A stretch of 64,000 nucleotides of DNA, taken from the NCBI GenBank assembly GCA_017399145.1, contig JAFQEG010000003.1, forward strand, positions 50,553 to 114,552. Reading direction: 5' to 3'. The translations under genes and the position numbers were made by a program. Position 1 is the stretch's first letter. Each line of letters begins with the position of its first letter. The stretch is from Clostridia bacterium. Its GTDB lineage: Bacteria; Bacillota; Clostridia; Oscillospirales; CAG-272. The notes below the pieces were generated by a model. It ran no database searches, was not told where the DNA came from, and saw only the letters and a program-made list of their open reading frames with translations. Positions 36,801-45,868 of the stretch are shown piece after piece.

Positions 36801-37505
36801 CAAGAGCACTTAACTACTCTACCGTCCAAGCTAAGCATTTCGAATTTGTATCCTAATGTTTTAGATGGTACAGAAAACGAAACCCTTGATGTAGATAAAT
36901 CCTTAGATACTACACCTAAGTTTTTGCTAAAGAAGGAAACCACCTCTGCAACAGATAGAGGTACTGCTACTCACGTTTTCTTGCAATTCTGTAAATTCGA
37001 TAGGCTTAAGGACCAAGGTGTTGATAATGAGCTTGATATTCTTATTAAAGATGGCTTTATTCCTGAGGAATACAGAGGTCTAATCGACAAAAGTCGTGTT
37101 CAATTTTTCACTAAGCATTGGCTATTTAATGATATGCTAAATGCAAAAGAGGGTGAGATTTGGCGTGAGTTTAGATTTAACGTTATGCTAAGCGCACATG
37201 ACCTATCAATCGACCCTAATATACAGAAGGAAAAGGTGCTTGTACAGGGTGTAATTGACTGTGTATTTAAGAAGGGTGAGGATTACATTCTTGTTGACTA
37301 CAAAACCGATAATGCAACCGTAGATGAAATAGTTGGTAAATATACTTCTCAGCTTAATTATTATGCTAGGGCTTGTAAAAAGCTATTTGGTAAGCCTGTT
37401 AAGGAGGCTTATATTTACTCTATTAAAAATTGCTCTGTTGGTAGGGTGCCCTTAACTGACGTTGATGATGGTGAATACAATCCACCTGTACGTCCAACGA
37501 AATAA
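33867..37505 (+). CDS. addA: Helicase-nuclease AddAB subunit A
   Basis: UvrD-type motifs (ISAGAGSGKT, VDEYQDTN, TFHAAKGLEF, LYVALTRAR) and a C-terminal nuclease (VQGVIDCVF..LVDYKTD). ATGA overlap with the addB stop. Confidence 0.9.
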   Translation: MSKTIDEVRIEEKKEELTLTKAQELALSHKGSDLLISAGAGSGKTMILTKKIAQDIANGADIANMLIVTFTKEAANKLKGDIREKLAKELEENPENTKLKDQMLKISTADISTIDSFCYKLVKSNFDKIKLESGAQLDSNFRIGEAGELKVIEYEALDEVLDEFYEAEETDKDFLLVSDCYSSLSNENVLKDNLLELYNSLINTKNSLETIKATVEFEGDFMDSPYGAPLKRVLQDAVDYFKHALEISKIIVDDNDKAYKKYGASVYSDIDFINRLEKGMENPKYSTLCEIFSTYSSVGIGRNSLPAEVDGAHLKYCRDGLMNFVLGKEKNVNGIRPLFFSSNNEDAIFSIKQNAKMSNAIYKVLKRFDMRYEEKKAQYSVCSFNDVSRYALRLLYEEDGVTPSPLADELKEKYSYIYVDEYQDTNSVQDRIFSAFSNNNRFLVGDIKQSIYNFRAAEPEIFTGYRESFVDKELPCDDEKQGRSLFMSENFRCNPEVIDFTNLVTNYLFTNSYGIPYVSKDALKFAKTKNLSTIDQPAEVYLFEKKSKPNEGKSKNYDLELEEYNASETAQADFVAREIKRIFDSKDLPFADKPREIKKSDFAILLRSAKDEKAQKYVDALAKYGIGSELKVNSVFYEKPHILLAISILNVIDNPYKDIFLAGAMRSQIFDFSLEELIEIRSSCKSKGASLYSVVKDYNGNKDIVKKIKDMINTLDDIRRKIRKEGAHNVVAYVLNDMGLLSLCNKDERQDLLKLYNIARIYEGSSFKGLFKFLRYVESNMSGQIRDTIVGDEDDNVKIMTFHAAKGLEFEYCFVCNLEDRIEYAIQKPDIFFDRVLGVAGYVGKDNGLVKYNSLPRKCVDLATSRATLEEEIRMLYVALTRARTKLYVTASISKPEEKVEEYRNAIQSPHNVYNTTTRINLILGALKESKPFYQIYYEDKKLPPKKDIERDGDDGKLKLTADEYLEILKKRFDFKYSQEHLTTLPSKLSISNLYPNVLDGTENETLDVDKSLDTTPKFLLKKETTSATDRGTATHVFLQFCKFDRLKDQGVDNELDILIKDGFIPEEYRGLIDKSRVQFFTKHWLFNDMLNAKEGEIWREFRFNVMLSAHDLSIDPNIQKEKVLVQGVIDCVFKKGEDYILVDYKTDNATVDEIVGKYTSQLNYYARACKKLFGKPVKEAYIYSIKNCSVGRVPLTDVDDGEYNPPVRPTK

Positions 37506-37541
37506 CAAAAAAATCTGTCGCGATTGCGACAGATTTTTTTT
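37506..37541. terminator. Bidirectional intrinsic terminator
   Basis: AAATCTGTCGC-gatt-GCGACAGATTT flanked by A7 and T8, between addA (+) and the phosphoglucomutase gene (-). Confidence 0.85.
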
Positions 37542-37543
37542 AT

Positions 37544-39214
37544 TTATGCGTTTATGATTGAGTTGATTACCTCTTGACGGGCTGAAAGCACCTTTTGCGC
37601 CTCCTCCTTGTTTTCGCCCATTACGGAGTAGTAAACCTTGATTTTTGGCTCGGTGCCTGATGGACGAATTGCAATCCATGAGGAGTCTTCGAATACAAAT
37701 TTTAAAACGTCCGCCTTTGGTAGGTCGTCAATGCCTACGGTATAGTCGTTAACCTGTGCTATGCCGTCCATTAGGGACTTGCCCTTCTCTCTCATTTCCT
37801 TCATAATTGACTTGATTTTTTCGATACCATCGATGCCCTTTAGGGTATAAGAATCAAGCTTATCAAGGAAATAGCCGTACTTATTATAGATTTCCTCCAT
37901 TACGTCAACTAGGGTCTTGCCTTGATTTTTGTAGTAGGATGCCATTTCACAAATAAGCATTGAGGCAACAACTGCGTCCTTGTCTCTTGCGTGATTACCT
38001 ACTAGGTAGCCGTAGCTTTCCTCATAACCGATAACAAATTCACCATTTCCGTATTTGTCGAATTGGTTCATCTTATCACCGATAAACTTAAAGCCTGTTA
38101 GTGTTTCGATAACCTTTAAGCCGTTTTGCTTTGCAATAATCGCGCCTAGCTCACTAGTTACTATTGTCTTAATTACAGTTGACTTTTCGTTAAGTGAAGC
38201 TTTATTCATCTTAATGCAGTAGTCAACAAGAAGTGCGCCTACCTGATTGCCTGTGAATAGCTTCATTCCGTCCTTTGTATTTACGGCAATGCCTACACGG
38301 TCACAGTCTGGGTCTGTGCCAAGAATTAGGTCTGCATTTAACTCTTGACAAAGCTTAATGCCTAGGCTAAGTGCCTCTGCGTTTTCTGGGTTTGGAGAGT
38401 TTACAGTTGGGAAGTTGCCGTCCTTTACTTCTTGCTCCTTAACGATGGTTACATTGTAGCCAAGGTCGGAAAGCACACGTCTTACAGGCTTGTTACCTGT
38501 GCCGTGAAGTGGGGTGTAAACGATTTTTGCACTCTTTTCGCCGATGTCGTGGGCTTGCTTTTTAACGTTTGCGATAAAGCTTTCATAAACAGCCTCAGGC
38601 ACGTCCTTCAAAAGTCCACTATCTCTTGCGTCCTTTTCGCATGCAACCTTAATTGTAGAAAGGTCTGTGATTGCGTTTACATATGAAATTATTGCGTTTG
38701 CATCCTCGATTAAAACCTGACAGCCTGCCTCGTCATATACCTTGTAGCCATTATATCCCTTTGGGTTATGGCTAGCAGTTACAACGATACCACCAACGCA
38801 ACCAAGCTCTCTTACTGTAAAGGAAAGGGTTGGGGTTGGCATAAGCTCACTATAAAGATATGTAGGTATATTATTTTGAGCCATTACAAGGGCTGCCTCA
38901 AGTGCGAATTCATCTGAGTTGTTACGAGAGTCGTAGCCAATTGCAACACCTCTTTTTACGTCCTTACCATACTTATCTAAAAGATAGCTTGCAAAGCCCT
39001 GTGTTGCCTTTCTTATGATGTACTTATTCATACGGTTTGTACCAGCACCCATAACACCGCGAAGTCCACCTGTACCAAATTCAAGGTCGGTATAGAAGCG
39101 GTCCTCTATTTCCTTTTCGGTAAGGGGTGCGTTTAATTCGTCTCTTGTTTCCTTGTCAAAATACTCGCTTGTCTTCCATAGATTGTAGCTGTCAACGATT
39201 TTCTTAGATAACAT
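37544..39214 (-). CDS. Phospho-sugar mutase (phosphoglucomutase/phosphomannomutase family)
   Basis: TASHNPKGYNGYK active-site serine loop and GTDPDCDR metal loop; 556 aa. Confidence 0.9.
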   Translation of the reverse strand: MLSKKIVDSYNLWKTSEYFDKETRDELNAPLTEKEIEDRFYTDLEFGTGGLRGVMGAGTNRMNKYIIRKATQGFASYLLDKYGKDVKRGVAIGYDSRNNSDEFALEAALVMAQNNIPTYLYSELMPTPTLSFTVRELGCVGGIVVTASHNPKGYNGYKVYDEAGCQVLIEDANAIISYVNAITDLSTIKVACEKDARDSGLLKDVPEAVYESFIANVKKQAHDIGEKSAKIVYTPLHGTGNKPVRRVLSDLGYNVTIVKEQEVKDGNFPTVNSPNPENAEALSLGIKLCQELNADLILGTDPDCDRVGIAVNTKDGMKLFTGNQVGALLVDYCIKMNKASLNEKSTVIKTIVTSELGAIIAKQNGLKVIETLTGFKFIGDKMNQFDKYGNGEFVIGYEESYGYLVGNHARDKDAVVASMLICEMASYYKNQGKTLVDVMEEIYNKYGYFLDKLDSYTLKGIDGIEKIKSIMKEMREKGKSLMDGIAQVNDYTVGIDDLPKADVLKFVFEDSSWIAIRPSGTEPKIKVYYSVMGENKEEAQKVLSARQEVINSIINA

Positions 39215-39274
39215 ATTTATTACTCTCCTTAGTTTGAATCAATATATTATATTAGTGTCCTTTGAAAAAATGAC

Positions 39275-41194
39275 TTATTCGCCCTTAGTATAAGCTAAAA
39301 GTCCGCCTGCCTTAAGAATGTCAATTTGTCTCTTGGTATATGAGCAAGCAAGCTTATATTCCTTGCCGTTTGCTTTTAGTGTAATTTCGCCCTTTTCCAT
39401 ACCCTCAAATACGTTTTCAAGGGTTAGCTTGTCATCTTGGCTAAGTGACTCGTAATCCTCTGGATTTGTAAAGGTAAGTGGCAAAATACCTGCATTGATT
39501 AGGTTTGCTGCGTGGATTCTTGCAAAGCTCTTGGCAATTACTGCCTTTACACCTAGGTATAGTGGAACAAGGGCTGCATGCTCTCTTGATGAGCCTTGAC
39601 CATAGTTTGAGCCACCTACAATTATGCTTTGCTTTGCCTCAAGTGCTCTTTGTGCAAAGGTTTCGTCGCATACTGCAAAGCAGAATTTAGATAGGAATGG
39701 AATGTTTGAGCGATATGGCAAAATCTTAGCGCCTGCTGGCATAATATGGTCTGTTGTGATATTATCGCCAACCTTTAGGGTAAGATTTGCATTGATTTCA
39801 TTTTCAAGTGGGTATGTGGTTGGGAATGGCTTAATATTTGGACCTCTTAAAATTGGTAGGTCCTTTGCCTCCTCCTCGCTAGCCGGCAATACTACTGCAC
39901 TATCATCAATCTTAAACGCATCAGGCATCTCGATTTCGATATAGTCACCGAGGGTTCTTGGATCGGTGATATAGCCTGTTAGGGCTGAAGCAACAGCAAC
40001 CTCAGGAGATACTAGGTAAACCTGTGCGTCCTTTGTACCACTTCTGCCCTCGAAGTTACGGTTGAAGGTACGAAGAGATACGCCTGCTGAGTTAGGAGAG
40101 AAGCCCATACCTATGCATGGTCCACAAGCACATTCAAGCACACGTGCGCCTGAGGCTAGAATATCTGAAAGTGCACCACAGTCTGCAAGCATGGAAAGAA
40201 CCTGCTTTGAGCCTGGTGACACTGACAAGCTTACGCTATCGTCAATCTTTTTGCCCTTAAGCATTGCGGCAACCTTAAGCATATCACGAAGTGAAGAATT
40301 TGTGCATGAGCCGATACATACCTGGTCAACCTTGATGCCCTTTAATTCCTCTGCACTCTTTATGTTATCTGGGCTATGAGGACAGGCTAAAAGTGGCTTA
40401 AGCTCGGATAGGTTGATGTCGATTATTCTGTCATATACAGCATCAGGGTCGCTTTCAAGAGGTACATATACGTCGCCTCTTCCCTGTGCCTCTAAGAATT
40501 CTCTTGTAATTTCATCAGATGGGAAAATTGATGTGGTTGCGCCTAGCTCGGTGCCCATATTGGTAATTGTTGCTCTTTCTGGTACGCTAAGGGTTTTAAT
40601 GCCCTCTCCACCCCATTCAATAATAGCACCAACGCCACCCTTTACGGATAGAATGCGAAGAATTTCAAGGCTAACGTCCTTTGCACTTACCCATGGTCTT
40701 AGCTTACCTGTTAGGTTTACCTTGAACATTTTTGGCATTGTGATGTAATATGCACCACCACCCATAGCAACAGCAACGTCAAGACCACCTGCGCCCATTG
40801 CAAGCATACCGATACCACCAGCTGTTGGTGTATGGCTATCTGAACCGATAAGAGTCATTCCTGGTACGCCGAAGCGCTCTAGGTGTACTTGGTGACAAAT
40901 GCCGTTGCCTGGTCTTGAAAATCTTAAGCCGAATTTCTTTGCAACTGATTGAATATATCTGTGGTCATCTGCATTTTCAAAGCCTGATTGAAGTGTGTTA
41001 TGGTCGATATAGGCAACGGAAAGCTTTGTGCGTACTCTTGGAATGCCGATTGCTTCAAATTCCAAGTATGCCATTGTGCCTGTTGCGTCTTGAGTTAAGG
41101 TTTGGTCGATTCTTAACGCGATTTCCTCGCCTACCTTCATTTCGCCTGAAATAAGATGATTTTTAATGATTTTTTGTGCTATTGTAAGTCCCAT
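39275..41194 (-). CDS. Aconitate hydratase
   Basis: IGSDSHT, CIGSCTN and CGPCIG cluster-ligand motifs and a swivel domain (GGSNYGQGSSREHAA). Confidence 0.9.
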   Translation of the reverse strand: MGLTIAQKIIKNHLISGEMKVGEEIALRIDQTLTQDATGTMAYLEFEAIGIPRVRTKLSVAYIDHNTLQSGFENADDHRYIQSVAKKFGLRFSRPGNGICHQVHLERFGVPGMTLIGSDSHTPTAGGIGMLAMGAGGLDVAVAMGGGAYYITMPKMFKVNLTGKLRPWVSAKDVSLEILRILSVKGGVGAIIEWGGEGIKTLSVPERATITNMGTELGATTSIFPSDEITREFLEAQGRGDVYVPLESDPDAVYDRIIDINLSELKPLLACPHSPDNIKSAEELKGIKVDQVCIGSCTNSSLRDMLKVAAMLKGKKIDDSVSLSVSPGSKQVLSMLADCGALSDILASGARVLECACGPCIGMGFSPNSAGVSLRTFNRNFEGRSGTKDAQVYLVSPEVAVASALTGYITDPRTLGDYIEIEMPDAFKIDDSAVVLPASEEEAKDLPILRGPNIKPFPTTYPLENEINANLTLKVGDNITTDHIMPAGAKILPYRSNIPFLSKFCFAVCDETFAQRALEAKQSIIVGGSNYGQGSSREHAALVPLYLGVKAVIAKSFARIHAANLINAGILPLTFTNPEDYESLSQDDKLTLENVFEGMEKGEITLKANGKEYKLACSYTKRQIDILKAGGLLAYTKGE

Positions 41195-41248
41195 TTTTTG
41201 CCTCCGATAATGTTTTGCTTTATCCTTCTAAAGCGATAAAGCATTTAT

Positions 41249-41277
41249 ATTATACTAAATATAATATGTCGTGTCAA
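41249..41277 (-). promoter_or_regulatory. Consensus sigma-A promoter of the aconitase gene
   Basis: Minus strand reads TTGACA (41272-41277), 17 nt, TATAAT (41249-41254). The leader contains the hairpin GCTTTATC...GATAAAGC. Confidence 0.65.
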
Positions 41278-41313
41278 TATTTTTTTAAGTAAGCGGTAAA
41301 ATTACCGCCTACT

Positions 41314-43560
41314 TTATTTTGTAATTGTTACACCGAATGCCTTTGCAAGTGCCTCTAGCGTTTGCTTTTGCTCCTCTGTTGTTTCAGCATTGTTATAGGT
41401 GTTATTGATTGCGTTTGTAATTTGAGTAACGTCTCTTTCTGTTAAGCTTTCCTGTACGTGGAATGGGTCCTCGTTCTCTTCATCCTCCGTTGCGTGCTGA
41501 AGCATTTCAGATGCAATTTGAGAATTTGTAACAGTATCAACAAAGTCCTGTGCACTCATTGCAGTACGGCTTTCTTCTCTTGTGCCTACCTGGAATACAT
41601 TTTCGGCACCCTTGTTTGTTACTGCGCTACTTATTGCGTTGATAACTGTTTCAGTCTTTAGAAGCTCCTCTTCCTTTTCCTCCTCACTTTCAAATTCATA
41701 ACCGTCGAAGGTATTAAGCATTGAGTCAACTACCTGACCGATTGTATCAGCAGATTTATAAGGAATACCCATTGAAATAAGGTTTTCTCTGTTTACAAGC
41801 TCCTTAATTGATTCAGCATCGTCTGTCATCATCGATTCAAGCACTGAGTGAAGCATTTCCTGCTTTGCACCCTCTGTGCCTAGACTTTGAAGTGACAATA
41901 CAAGCTTCATAAGTGTTTGACGAGATTGAAGCATTTGAGAAAGGTCTGCGTCCTCAGCTGTTGCGTTATCGATAAATTGCTTATCGATAATACCAAGCTC
42001 GTCACAGCTTTCAGAGTGTAGGAATGCGTAGAATAAAAGCTTATAGCTTCTGCCAACAATGATACTATCACGTGCGTATTCCATGCTCTGTCCAAGAGAT
42101 TCAAGGTCTGCGTTTACAACAAGGTCTTGTACGTTTTCTCTTCCCTCAATACTGCTCATAAATTCCATAATTTCAGTAATTACGTTTTTAACTATTGCAC
42201 CCTCTTTTTCTAAGCCCTCTAGGTTATATTTTGTGGCATCAAATTCCTCAGGCTGAATGCTTGTGCCGTTTATGTCGTTGTAAATACGGCATACGTAATT
42301 GTTTAATGCGTTAGAAATATATGGTATTGAGTTTCTTGTTCTTTCATTTGTATATAGCTCGGTTAAAACTCCACTAAGAAGCTTATCATTCATTACTAGG
42401 GACATAAAGTCCTTTTCTTCCTTCTTAAGCTCATCAAGGACTCCGTTTTCGATTGCGTGTCCTGCTATATTAGTAATTGTTTGAAGGTCGTTTCTTAGCT
42501 CATTTGAATCTGTTTCGGAAAGTATTTCTAAAACTCTTTTTACTGTTGGGTCAAAGCTATCGCCTAACGAAGGAATTGCAAAGCCTGCTACCTCTCCGTT
42601 TTCGTGAAGCTCGCCTGAGGCAAAGGATACTGCCTTAGCAAGAAGAAGTGGTAAAAACTCAGAGTTTTTTAATGATGCGTTAATTTCGTTAAGCGCATCT
42701 ATTTGCTCGTCTGTATACTCAAGCGGGGATTTGATTAATGGCGCTGATAGGCTATATAATTCAAGTGCACCGATAGTTTCCCTTTCAAGAGAAAGCTCAA
42801 CTCCGTCAACGTAGGTTGTGGTAAGTGAATTGAAGAATGCCTTTCCACCTAAGTTATATATTGTTTTTGCAAGGGCACCATCTCTTATGCCATAAACATA
42901 TTTCATAGCCGTTGTTTCGCGAATATCGATTGGCTGTTGCGTTTCGCCCTCTTCGTATTCTATGGTTTCCTCTATAACCTGAGTATCCTGTGCAGTTATA
43001 TCGCTATAAGCATCTATTACTGTTGTTGCGTAATTCAAATATCCCACAAGTGGTATTAGGAAAACAACAAATACGACAAGGTATCTCAAGGCACCAACTG
43101 CGCCACCTGTAAGCTTTGATACAAGTCCCTTTGCCTTTGGTAGAAGAAGCCATTCTACAATAAAGCGTGGAATTTTAAGAACAGCACCTACTGCAATATA
43201 AACAAAAATGAAAACTAGTGGTGTCAATAAAATTGCTGGAATAGCTACAACTAGGTTGACAAGGTCTTGTGCGTTTTCATTACCTACTATATATTCCTGT
43301 GCCATTGTCAAATATTTTAGAACGTTTTCTGACCCTAGCTGTTGTTTTAATGATTCTATTAAGGAATTAACAACCTCCGGTGTGCCTGTTAAAGACATTG
43401 AAGCTGTTGTTATTGCAACTGATAATCCTGTGCTGATCAAGGTAAATAAAACGTCTAAGCCTGATTTTGCTACGCCCTTAAAAAAGCCTCTTACAAAGCC
43501 TAGTAGTGCAATTACTCCACAGACTATTGTTACAATTAAGGTTATGTTTTCCGGTGTCAT
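41314..43560 (-). CDS. CvpA-family N-terminal membrane domain fused to a large uncharacterised acidic domain
   Basis: IVCGVIALLGFVRGFFKGVAKSGLDVLF resembles the CvpA signature. Several N-terminal TM helices are followed by about 550 aa with no recognised domain. Confidence 0.65.
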   Translation of the reverse strand: MTPENITLIVTIVCGVIALLGFVRGFFKGVAKSGLDVLFTLISTGLSVAITTASMSLTGTPEVVNSLIESLKQQLGSENVLKYLTMAQEYIVGNENAQDLVNLVVAIPAILLTPLVFIFVYIAVGAVLKIPRFIVEWLLLPKAKGLVSKLTGGAVGALRYLVVFVVFLIPLVGYLNYATTVIDAYSDITAQDTQVIEETIEYEEGETQQPIDIRETTAMKYVYGIRDGALAKTIYNLGGKAFFNSLTTTYVDGVELSLERETIGALELYSLSAPLIKSPLEYTDEQIDALNEINASLKNSEFLPLLLAKAVSFASGELHENGEVAGFAIPSLGDSFDPTVKRVLEILSETDSNELRNDLQTITNIAGHAIENGVLDELKKEEKDFMSLVMNDKLLSGVLTELYTNERTRNSIPYISNALNNYVCRIYNDINGTSIQPEEFDATKYNLEGLEKEGAIVKNVITEIMEFMSSIEGRENVQDLVVNADLESLGQSMEYARDSIIVGRSYKLLFYAFLHSESCDELGIIDKQFIDNATAEDADLSQMLQSRQTLMKLVLSLQSLGTEGAKQEMLHSVLESMMTDDAESIKELVNRENLISMGIPYKSADTIGQVVDSMLNTFDGYEFESEEEKEEELLKTETVINAISSAVTNKGAENVFQVGTREESRTAMSAQDFVDTVTNSQIASEMLQHATEDEENEDPFHVQESLTERDVTQITNAINNTYNNAETTEEQKQTLEALAKAFGVTITK

Positions 43561-43762
43561 AAGCTCTCCTTTCGTATACTCTCTGTATGTTTTGATTTTT
43601 CGTTAAATAAGCTATACACTTATATAATATCACACTCGCGTATAAATTGCAATATTATAATAAATTTTTGGGGGATTTTTCAACTTTTTCAAATACCTTG
43701 CATAATTGTTGCAATACGACAAATAATAAAAGGGCAACGAAAAGTTAAAAAAGGAGATTTTT

Positions 43763-44302
43763 ATGAAGGCTACGGGTATTGTACGTAGAATTGACGATTT
43801 AGGAAGGGTTGTTATACCTAAGGAAATAAGAAGGACTATGAGAATTCGCGAGGGAGACCCCTTGGAAATCTTTACTGACAGAGATGGTGAGGTTATTTTT
43901 AAAAAGTATTCGCCTATTGGTGAGTTAGCTTCATTTGCCTCTCAGTATGTAGATACGCTTAATAAGATTTGCTCAATGTCGGTGGTTGTTACCGATAGAG
44001 ATACTGTTATTGCTTGTGCCGGTGTTTCTAAAAAGGAATATAGTGACAAAAAGCTAACACAGGAATTTGAATCCCTTATGGAAAAAAGAGGGCTTTATAT
44101 TCATCAAGAGGGTAATCCTATTTCTATTTGTGATGGTGCCTCCTCTTTTGTGAAATATGCTATGCCGATAGTTTCCGAGGGTGATATTATAGGCTGTATT
44201 GCTTGTGTTTCTACCGATTTAGGTGGGACTGACCCTCATAGCACAGAGGCTAAGCTTATTCAAACTGCCTCTACCTTTCTTGGACGACAATTCGAGGGCT
44301 AA
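43763..44302 (+). CDS. spoVT: Stage V sporulation protein T (AbrB-family regulator)
   Basis: MKATGIVRRIDDLGRVVIPKEIRRTMRIREGDPLEIF is the SpoVT/AbrB swapped-hairpin N-terminus; GAF-like C-terminal half; 179 aa. Confidence 0.9.
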   Translation: MKATGIVRRIDDLGRVVIPKEIRRTMRIREGDPLEIFTDRDGEVIFKKYSPIGELASFASQYVDTLNKICSMSVVVTDRDTVIACAGVSKKEYSDKKLTQEFESLMEKRGLYIHQEGNPISICDGASSFVKYAMPIVSEGDIIGCIACVSTDLGGTDPHSTEAKLIQTASTFLGRQFEG

Positions 44303-44347
44303 AAAACATCGCAGAGTGAATTTTAGACACTCTGCGATATTTTTTTA
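44302..44347. terminator. Bidirectional intrinsic terminator
   Basis: ATCGCAGAGTG-aattttaga-CACTCTGCGAT with flanking A6 and T7. Confidence 0.8.
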
Positions 44348-44364
44348 TTGATTTTAGGATTTTT

Positions 44365-44931
44365 TTATGATAGACTTAAGTAGTTAAGTAGACCTTGATA
44401 TATTCCTCTTGCGAAAAGCTGAGGATTGTTACTCATTTGGTATGCGTCCTGTGGGTTGGTTATAAACCCTAGCTCCACTAAAACTGCAGGCATTGTGGTC
44501 TTTTTTAAAACATAGAGGCCCGGTCTTAGCTTTATTCCTCTATTTTTAAGACCTGTTATTTCTGTTACTGACGTGAGTATATCCTGCGCTAGCCTTGAGG
44601 CACGTGAGGGTCGGCTGTAAACTAGCACCTCCGTGCCGTTTGCACTACTATCAACAGATGCGTTTGCGTGAATGCTTATAAAATAGTCTGCCCCCCAGCT
44701 ATTTGCATCATCTACTCTTACACGAAGACTTGAGGAATTTGATGTACCTAGTTGAGTTTGTCTTGTGGGTCGAGAGAGTCTTACCTCAAAGTTACCATTT
44801 TGACGTAAAAGCTCTGCTAAACGCACACCTACCTCGTAGGTTATGTCCTGCTCTCTTAGTCCGTTTCCCTCTGCACCTGTGTTGGGTGGATTTGGATTAT
44901 GTCCTTGGTCTATGTATATTTTAATAGCCAT
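44365..44931 (-). CDS. N-acetylmuramoyl-L-alanine amidase (Amidase_3 family)
   Basis: IDQGHNP...GAEG..E and FISIHANA motifs; 188 aa. Confidence 0.8.
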   Translation of the reverse strand: MAIKIYIDQGHNPNPPNTGAEGNGLREQDITYEVGVRLAELLRQNGNFEVRLSRPTRQTQLGTSNSSSLRVRVDDANSWGADYFISIHANASVDSSANGTEVLVYSRPSRASRLAQDILTSVTEITGLKNRGIKLRPGLYVLKKTTMPAVLVELGFITNPQDAYQMSNNPQLFARGIYQGLLNYLSLS

Positions 44932-45012
44932 ATTATTCCCCCTTATTTTGCTTACTAACTATGTTATGCAAGTATACGTGGGGTTGTTAATACTACTTTA
45001 ATGAGGTAAAAA

Positions 45013-45810
45013 ATGAAGGAATTCAAAAGCATTGAGCATTTGCTTAGCCGTACAAGGAAGGCGGTTGAGGAATATGATATGATTGCAAACGGTGATAGAA
45101 TTGCTGTTGGTGTATCTGGTGGTAAGGACTCCCTTGCTCTTTTGTGCGCCTTAGTTAAGCTAAAAAGAGTTTTAGGACTTGATTATACTGTTGTTGCAAT
45201 TACTATTGATATGGGCCTTGAGGGTGCAGATTTTTCAAAAATCAAGGAGCTTTGTAACGAGCTTGAGATTGAATACCATATCATAAAAACTGATATTTAC
45301 GAGATTATTTTTAATGTGCGAAAGGAAAAGAGTCCTTGCTCTCTTTGTGCAAGAATGAGACGTGGTGCCCTTCACGATGCAACGAAGGAATTAAATTGCA
45401 ACAAGCTCGCATTAGGTCATCATTATGACGACGTTGTGGAAACATTTATGCTCAATCTTTTCTTTGAGGGTAGAATCGGTTGCTTCCGTCCTGTTACATA
45501 TCTTTCGAGAAAGAATTTAACTATGATTCGTCCTTTAATCTACACACAGGAAAAGGATATTAAGGTGTTTGCACACAACGAATGCTTACCTGTTACCAAG
45601 GCACTATGCCCAGCTGACGGAAATACTGAAAGAGCAAAAATGAAGGATTATCTTGCTATTTTTGAGCATGAGCACAGAGGACTTTATCATAGAATTCTAG
45701 GCGCAATTCAAAGGTCGGGCCTTGATGGCTTTCACGAGGATTTACTTGATAACAAGGAAAAGCAAAGAAGAAAGCAAGAAAGGCAAAAAAAGGAAGAAAA
45801 TGACGACTAA
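45013..45810 (+). CDS. PP-loop ATPase, tRNA 2-thiocytidine synthase TtcA-like
   Basis: SGGKDS PP-loop, CSLCARMRRG and LALGHHYDD motifs. Confidence 0.75.
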   Translation: MKEFKSIEHLLSRTRKAVEEYDMIANGDRIAVGVSGGKDSLALLCALVKLKRVLGLDYTVVAITIDMGLEGADFSKIKELCNELEIEYHIIKTDIYEIIFNVRKEKSPCSLCARMRRGALHDATKELNCNKLALGHHYDDVVETFMLNLFFEGRIGCFRPVTYLSRKNLTMIRPLIYTQEKDIKVFAHNECLPVTKALCPADGNTERAKMKDYLAIFEHEHRGLYHRILGAIQRSGLDGFHEDLLDNKEKQRRKQERQKKEENDD

Positions 45811-45833
45811 GTGTCTAATTTTTAGTTAGAAAA

Positions 45834-45867
45834 TAAAAAAATCACCGATTGAACCGGTGATTTTTTA
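45834..45867. terminator. Bidirectional intrinsic terminator
   Basis: AAAAAAATCACCG-attgaac-CGGTGATTTTTT, between the stops at 45810 (+) and 45869 (-). Confidence 0.75.
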
Positions 45868-45868
45868 T

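Noticed and set aside
43700-43726. Possible forespore sigma (sigma-G/F type) promoter upstream of spoVT (GCATA ... CAAATAA).
   Set aside because: The motif match and spacing are only approximate from memory of the consensus, so this is not solid enough to annotate.
45800-45809. 10-mer ATGACGACTA shared between the end of the ttcA-like gene and the 26-bp repeat at 55021-55030.
   Set aside because: A single 10-nt match in 64 kb on two strands is within chance expectation. Here it simply encodes the C-terminal Asn-Asp-Asp-stop.
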